Shown here piece by piece: positions 58,844 through 64,000 of a stretch of 64,000 nucleotides of DNA; position 1 is the stretch's first letter; the number at the start of each line of letters is the position of its first letter. Both the position numbers and the translations under genes were made by a program. The notes below the pieces were generated by a model, which was not told where the DNA came from, searched no databases, and saw nothing but the letters and a program-made list of their open reading frames with translations. The DNA is from an uncultured Treponema sp. (GTDB lineage: Bacteria; Spirochaetota; Spirochaetia; Treponematales; Treponemataceae), in contig CALCRU010000055.1 in assembly GCA_937894335.1 (NCBI GenBank), forward strand, positions 46,095 through 110,094, written 5' to 3'.

Positions 58844-60349
58844 TCAGTCTGCCAAGGTAACAGTTGCGCCTGAAAGTTTTGCTGGGTACTGCTCCACATA
58901 GGCTATCTTGTTTCCCAAAAGACCAACACGCACAAGCTCGCTGTCTGTGGCTCCGTACATTTCCTCCATGCCGTTAAACACAAAGTTCCCCATAGAATAT
59001 ACAATCAGACTGTCGCCATACCATTCCGTAGGCTGAAGCACATGGGGGTGACTTCCAAAGACAATGTCTGCACCGCTAGAACAGAGGGCCTCGTAAAATT
59101 CACGCTGACTTTTTGACGGAACAAAACGGTATTCTTCTCCGCCGTGAACATTTACAATTACAAAGTAGCCTGCATCCTTTTCTTTTTTTACAGCATCAAG
59201 AAGTTCATCGCTCTTCCACAAGATTCCTGCCCTGTCTTCCGTTGCAGTTGCAGTTTTTTTCCCATCAAAGCCAGACTGCTCCACAGGAAAGGCACCGCAA
59301 CTGATTACAGAAAGGGGAACTCCCTTTATGCTAGTATGATAAAATTTTTTTGCCTCTTCTGCATTGTATCCTATTCCGCTAGAAGGAACGCCGTATTCTG
59401 CAAAGGCCTTAAGGGTATCCTTAAAGCCTGACTCACCGTAGTCGTAGCAGTGGTTGTTGGTCTGCATAAGGTAGTCAAAGCCCGCCTGCAAAAGATAGGA
59501 AAGCACCTGTTTTTTAAATTTGAATGTGTATGTCTTTGTAGCATTACTCCAAGATTCAGTTACAACTCCCTCCAGATTTCCAATAGTAAAGTCGCTATTC
59601 TGCAAAAGAGGAAGCGTTGTGCCAAAAACTTTTTCAAGTCCGTCGTCAGAGCCCATCATCATTTCCTGAGCGCCACGAGCAACCATAATGTCGCCTACAC
59701 TAGCAATGAACATTGGCCCCTCAGATTCCGTAGAGCCAAGAAGCTCCTGGTAACCAGTAAATAAAAAATGTCTTTCGCACCAGTCTTCCAGTGCCGCCTG
59801 CATTTTTTCATTCTGCACAAAAATTGTAACCACAGCACTTTTTGTAAGGGTAAGTCCGTAGTCATCTTCAGAAGCATACGCACCCTCTACAGGAAGAGCA
59901 CGCCACCCTTCGGGAATGTCCAGCCCCTGACAGAATGAAAGTTCCAGTTCAGGAGAAAGGACCGTAACTCCCTTTTCTGAAAAATCAGAAGGAACGCAGG
60001 GAAGAAGAAAATTTTCCGAAAGGGGATAGCATATTTCGTTTGAGCCTGCCTGCTGGGGAAGCAGAGTAACATTTTCTTCCACACGGATTGAAGCAAAGGG
60101 AAGACGCACTGTTCCAAGAAAAGACCCCTCTTCTTCGCGAATGTCACCTTCTCTAACAAATGCAAAAGGAAGAGATTCCGATTCAGAGTCAACAACATAA
60201 AGGTCATACAATTCGTCAGAAAGTCGGACTTCGTATGTTACCCTGGGAATGCAGAGTCTTGCAATCAAAAGGGCCACAGAAGAAACAAACAGAAGGGCAA
60301 GAATAGCGCCCACAAGAATAAAGACAGTTTTTTTCCTAGACAGATCCAT
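58844..60349 (-). CDS. CapA (PGA_cap) family metallophosphoesterase, membrane anchored
   Basis: VGDIM, GNLEG, NNHCYDYG, HGGEEY, GSHPHVLQ, YSMGNF. Confidence 0.9.
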   Translation of the reverse strand: MDLSRKKTVFILVGAILALLFVSSVALLIARLCIPRVTYEVRLSDELYDLYVVDSESESLPFAFVREGDIREEEGSFLGTVRLPFASIRVEENVTLLPQQAGSNEICYPLSENFLLPCVPSDFSEKGVTVLSPELELSFCQGLDIPEGWRALPVEGAYASEDDYGLTLTKSAVVTIFVQNEKMQAALEDWCERHFLFTGYQELLGSTESEGPMFIASVGDIMVARGAQEMMMGSDDGLEKVFGTTLPLLQNSDFTIGNLEGVVTESWSNATKTYTFKFKKQVLSYLLQAGFDYLMQTNNHCYDYGESGFKDTLKAFAEYGVPSSGIGYNAEEAKKFYHTSIKGVPLSVISCGAFPVEQSGFDGKKTATATEDRAGILWKSDELLDAVKKEKDAGYFVIVNVHGGEEYRFVPSKSQREFYEALCSSGADIVFGSHPHVLQPTEWYGDSLIVYSMGNFVFNGMEEMYGATDSELVRVGLLGNKIAYVEQYPAKLSGATVTLAD

Positions 60350-60449
60350 GAGGCAATTTTAGGCGGAATCAGACTTTTGCGCAAGACACCCAAAAGGCAC
60401 ACTTGCATTCTTGACAGGAGGCAGCATAAGTCGTAACCTTAGCGTCAAC

Positions 60450-61037
60450 ATGGACGCAATTAGCACAATAAAAGACTACGCAAAAAAAGAAGCCGTCCCC
60501 ATCATTCAGGATGCTGGCTGTGACTTCATATGCAGCTACATAAGTGAACACGGTTGCAAAAACATTCTGGAAATAGGAACCGCAATAGGATACTCCTCAA
60601 TTAGGTTTGCAAGCCTTAGCCCAGACATCCGCATTACAACAATTGAAATAGATCTGGACCGCTACATTCGCGCCAAAGAAAACATAAGCGCCATGCACCT
60701 TGAAGACAGAATAAATGCCATAAACGATGACGCCCTAACCTGCTCCATAGATGGACTCTTTGACCTTATTTTCATAGATGCAGCAAAAGCCCAGTACATA
60801 AAGTTCTTTGAAAAATACAAGGCCAACCTTGCCCCTGGTGGAGTTATAGTAAGCGACAATCTTTCCTTTCACGGCATGGTAGACGATCTTTCCCTAACCC
60901 ACAACTACAGCACAAAAAAGCTGGTAAAGAAAATACAAAAGTACGCAAAGTTTTTAAAAGCCAACACAGAATTTGAAACCACCTTTTACGAAGTGGGAGA
61001 CCGCATTGCAGTAAGCAAAAGGATATCCTCTGTTTAG
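60450..61037 (+). CDS. SAM-dependent O-methyltransferase (TrmR/YrrM-like)
   Basis: ILEIGTAIGYS, FDLIFIDAAKAQY, GVIVSDN; the track's TTG 60411 coincides with a TTGACA -35, so ATG 60450 is preferred. Confidence 0.85.
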   Translation: MDAISTIKDYAKKEAVPIIQDAGCDFICSYISEHGCKNILEIGTAIGYSSIRFASLSPDIRITTIEIDLDRYIRAKENISAMHLEDRINAINDDALTCSIDGLFDLIFIDAAKAQYIKFFEKYKANLAPGGVIVSDNLSFHGMVDDLSLTHNYSTKKLVKKIQKYAKFLKANTEFETTFYEVGDRIAVSKRISSV

Positions 61038-61093
61038 CAGGCCCACCTTGCACCAGGTCAAATGATTTTGTATCATAAGAAAAGAGGTGCATT

Positions 61094-62353
61094 ATGGAAC
61101 AGGCATTCAGCTCCGAGGCAATGAACGAAAAAAATCCAAAGTGGGAGCAGTGCATAAAAAGGGAAAACTCTCTCTACAGCCGCAACAACGGAATCCGCTC
61201 AGAATTTGAAAGGGACTACACAAGACTTTTGCATTCACAGGCATTCAGCCGACTTAAGCACAAGACCCAAGTTTTCTTTGCACCCCACAATGATCACACC
61301 TGTACTCGCATGGAACATGTTCTTCATGTGGCAAGCGTAAGCGAAACCATTGCAAAATACATGGGACTTAATGCAGAACTTACCAAGGCAATCGCCATAG
61401 GTCACGACATAGGACACGCACCCTTTGGACATACAGGAGAAGACATTCTAAACAGCCTTCTTGAAAATGATGATGCAAAAAATGCCCCAAAGAAATTCTG
61501 GCACGAGAGGAACAGTCTCTTTTTTGCCGACTACATAGAAACCCTAAGCGACCCCAACGAAGTGCAGAAAAACCTTGACCTAACTTACGCTGTAAGAGAT
61601 GGACTCATATGCCACTGCGGAGAAATTGACAAGCAGGGAATAAGACCCCGTGACGAGGCAATGGATCTGTATGACATAAAAAAGCCTGGATTTGTGGAAC
61701 CCTACACTTGGGAAGGATGCGTTGTAAAAATAAGCGACAAAATTGCATTTATAGGACGGGACATAGAAGACGCAAGAGCCTACCACATTCTTGACATGGG
61801 AAGCTACAGGGAACTAAGACAGATAGTTGCAGGCACTTTGGGATTCAAACCAAAAATACGCTCGGGAAGAGCAATAAATACAACGGTACTCATGAACGAC
61901 ATGATTGTAGACCTGTGCGAACAAAGCTCACCAGAAAAAGGTCTGTGCTTTAGCGACTCCTACTTTACATTCATAAAAGAATTAAAGAAGTTTTGTTTTT
62001 CAAACATATACAATCACTGGCGTCTTGTGGAATTTCAGAAGTATGCCGAAACAGTTTTGGGATGCATTTACCGCACTCTTATTAAGACGCAACCCTACGC
62101 ACAAAGCGGACGCATTGCAACAGCCCTACGCTACTACCCCAAGCTAAAGTCCACATTTGAAGACTGGCTGGTAAAGTTTACAAACTACGCACCCAGGAAC
62201 GAGTCCGACCGCAAGAAGACTCTGCGTTACGAAACAAAAGAAGTGTTCAATGTAGACGAGTGGGAAAGTTTTCAGAAGTGCATCATAGAGTACATTTCGG
62301 GAATGACAGACTCTTTTGCAATAAGCGTCTTTGAAGAAATAATCGCATTCTAA
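61094..62353 (+). CDS. dNTP triphosphohydrolase (dGTPase-like HD protein)
   Basis: RSEFERD, RLKHKTQVF, TRMEH, GHDIGHAPFGH.GE, EYISGMTD. Confidence 0.9.
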   Translation: MEQAFSSEAMNEKNPKWEQCIKRENSLYSRNNGIRSEFERDYTRLLHSQAFSRLKHKTQVFFAPHNDHTCTRMEHVLHVASVSETIAKYMGLNAELTKAIAIGHDIGHAPFGHTGEDILNSLLENDDAKNAPKKFWHERNSLFFADYIETLSDPNEVQKNLDLTYAVRDGLICHCGEIDKQGIRPRDEAMDLYDIKKPGFVEPYTWEGCVVKISDKIAFIGRDIEDARAYHILDMGSYRELRQIVAGTLGFKPKIRSGRAINTTVLMNDMIVDLCEQSSPEKGLCFSDSYFTFIKELKKFCFSNIYNHWRLVEFQKYAETVLGCIYRTLIKTQPYAQSGRIATALRYYPKLKSTFEDWLVKFTNYAPRNESDRKKTLRYETKEVFNVDEWESFQKCIIEYISGMTDSFAISVFEEIIAF

Positions 62354-62424
62354 AAACTTTCTGACTGCAGAGAATTCAGTTTGTCCAAATTCCTAACAGA
62401 CAGAAAGCTTTATACAAAAAGAGG

Positions 62425-62937
62425 TTAAGCCTGCTCTTCTTCTGTGGGAGCAGGTTCTTCCTCTACAGGATACTGATACAGGAAGTTTACAAAGAAAGTC
62501 GTACAGTCGGGAACATGCAGTGCCCATTCCACCATTACAGACTTAATGTTCAAATCTGGCTGGATGGGAAGAAGAGTGTCCCTCATTCCGCGCATAATTT
62601 CCTTTGCATCGCTGTCTGTTGGCTCACCGCGAACCCATTCCGAATCAGCAAGGGTAGAAAGGTGCTGGAATACAAAAGCTGCATCAAGAGGTGAGTTTCT
62701 GTTAATCTCTGACTTGCGCAACTGAAAGCGTACCTTCAAGTCCCATTCTTCCGTCTTTCCAAATTTTTCAACAGGATAGCTGTAGTGAACATTCATGTCG
62801 GTATAATCAAGTTCTTCGTTAAAGAAGCGTGCAAGAACAACTCCCTTTGTGTAGGAAGGCGTGTAATTGACTTTCTCTTCAGAAATAAAATTTTCAGAAT
62901 CCTGAAGGCTCCGTTCGTATTTCTCTTTTAATGTCAT
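62425..62937 (-). CDS. Hypothetical protein
   Basis: 170-aa acidic ORF with TAAGGAG RBS. Confidence 0.75.
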   Translation of the reverse strand: MTLKEKYERSLQDSENFISEEKVNYTPSYTKGVVLARFFNEELDYTDMNVHYSYPVEKFGKTEEWDLKVRFQLRKSEINRNSPLDAAFVFQHLSTLADSEWVRGEPTDSDAKEIMRGMRDTLLPIQPDLNIKSVMVEWALHVPDCTTFFVNFLYQYPVEEEPAPTEEEQA

Positions 62938-63065
62938 GCAAAACTCCTTAGTAGGTCCGTTAAGAAATTTTTACAATTTCCTCCTTTTCTACTTTATTAT
63001 ATTTCAGAATTCTTGTAAACTATGTAAAGTAGAAAAGTAAAGAATTTACTTCAAGGAAGGATTTT

Positions 63066-63869
63066 ATGAATTCATCTGCCGAAATCGCCCGTCTCTATGT
63101 TGACCTTGGTTCCCAAAAGACAAAACTGCCTTTGGGTAAATTATTTGTAATGGCTATTCTTGCCGGTGCATTCATTGCTCTTGGCGGACTTGCAAGCACT
63201 GTAGCATCTTTCGGAATCCAGTCTGCCGCTGCGGCACGCATCATAAGCGGTCTTGTATTTCCCATAGGACTTTCCCTTGTTCTTGTGGGAGGAGCAGAAC
63301 TGTTTACGGGAAACAGCCTGATGATTATGCCTGTTCTTCAAAAGAGAGCTAAGGTTGGCGGCATGCTTAAAAACTGGCTTGTAGTTTACCTCGGAAACTT
63401 TGTGGGAAGCCTTGCCATTGCCTTTGCCGTAGCCTTCTTCATCTCTGGTGGAAAGAACGGTCTTTACGGAGGCGCCCTTTCTTCCTCGCTGATTGCAACT
63501 GCAAATGCAAAGACGAGCCTTGGATTTGGAACAGCATTTGTACGAGGAATACTTTGCAACTTCATGGTATGCATGGCTGTGTGGATTTCCATGGCTGCAA
63601 CCCACGACCTGGCTGGAAAAATAATTGCAATCTACCTTCCCATCTTTCTTTTTGTTCTCTGCGGATTTGAGCACTGCGTTGCAAACATGTACTTCATTCC
63701 GGTGGGATTCATTTCCATGGTTCAGGCTGGAACTTCCATTGCAAACCTTCCATGGGCAGGATTCCTTTTAGGCAACATGCTTCCCGTCACACTTGGAAAC
63801 CTTGTAGGCGGTGCATGCTGTGCAGGCGCACTTTACTGGTATGTATACCTTCAGGGTAACAGGGAATAA
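63066..63869 (+). CDS. Formate/nitrite transporter (FNT family)
   Basis: LAGAFIALG, GAELFTGN, GNFVG, GILCNFMVC, GFEHCVANM, TLGNLVGG. Confidence 0.95.
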   Translation: MNSSAEIARLYVDLGSQKTKLPLGKLFVMAILAGAFIALGGLASTVASFGIQSAAAARIISGLVFPIGLSLVLVGGAELFTGNSLMIMPVLQKRAKVGGMLKNWLVVYLGNFVGSLAIAFAVAFFISGGKNGLYGGALSSSLIATANAKTSLGFGTAFVRGILCNFMVCMAVWISMAATHDLAGKIIAIYLPIFLFVLCGFEHCVANMYFIPVGFISMVQAGTSIANLPWAGFLLGNMLPVTLGNLVGGACCAGALYWYVYLQGNRE

Positions 63870-64000
63870 ATCAAATTTTGTGATTAAATCACATTTTGTA
63901 ATTTTTCTTTGCAAGAATTTGGTAAAGTCAAATTCTTGCATTACTAAATGATAACATTTTGAATGTTTTAAACTTTGTTTTGAAAAATTCTTTCGCTATC

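Noticed and set aside
60411..60449. TTG start for the O-methyltransferase
   Set aside because: The TTG is the -35 box (TTGACA) of the gene's own promoter

Overview
Gene-dense chromosomal window that reads as a Treponema-like spirochaete. This is inferred from gene content and synteny: an M16 peptidase beside a FliG paralogue, cheW-nadK-recN, ispE-spoVG-tRNA-rplY-tilS, and a FlcA-like collar protein. It holds about 55 mostly housekeeping CDSs (rlmJ, clpB, sbcCD, an oadGAB-type Na+ decarboxylase, recN, nadK, lepA, tilS, rplY, ispE, trxA, gpsA, ffh, ndk, two ABC exporters) and three tRNAs (Asp-GTC, Pro-CGG, Gln-TTG). No integrase, transposase, prophage, rRNA or CRISPR array is visible. The best candidate for an undescribed system is in the apparently empty intergenic region at about 19760-20115. 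It looks like a complete type I toxin-antitoxin locus: a 33-aa hydrophobic peptide ORF missing from the ORF track, a convergent ~100-nt sRNA with its own promoter and terminator, an SD-sequestering leader, and a 3' element able to strip the anti-SD by long-range pairing. Other notable signals are about 10 genes with leaderless or near-leaderless promoter geometry, a tandem GGA-loop hairpin repeat upstream of clpB, two related ~130-nt palindromic intergenic elements, and unusual hairpins around tRNA-Pro. All product calls come from motif recognition by eye; no database search was run.
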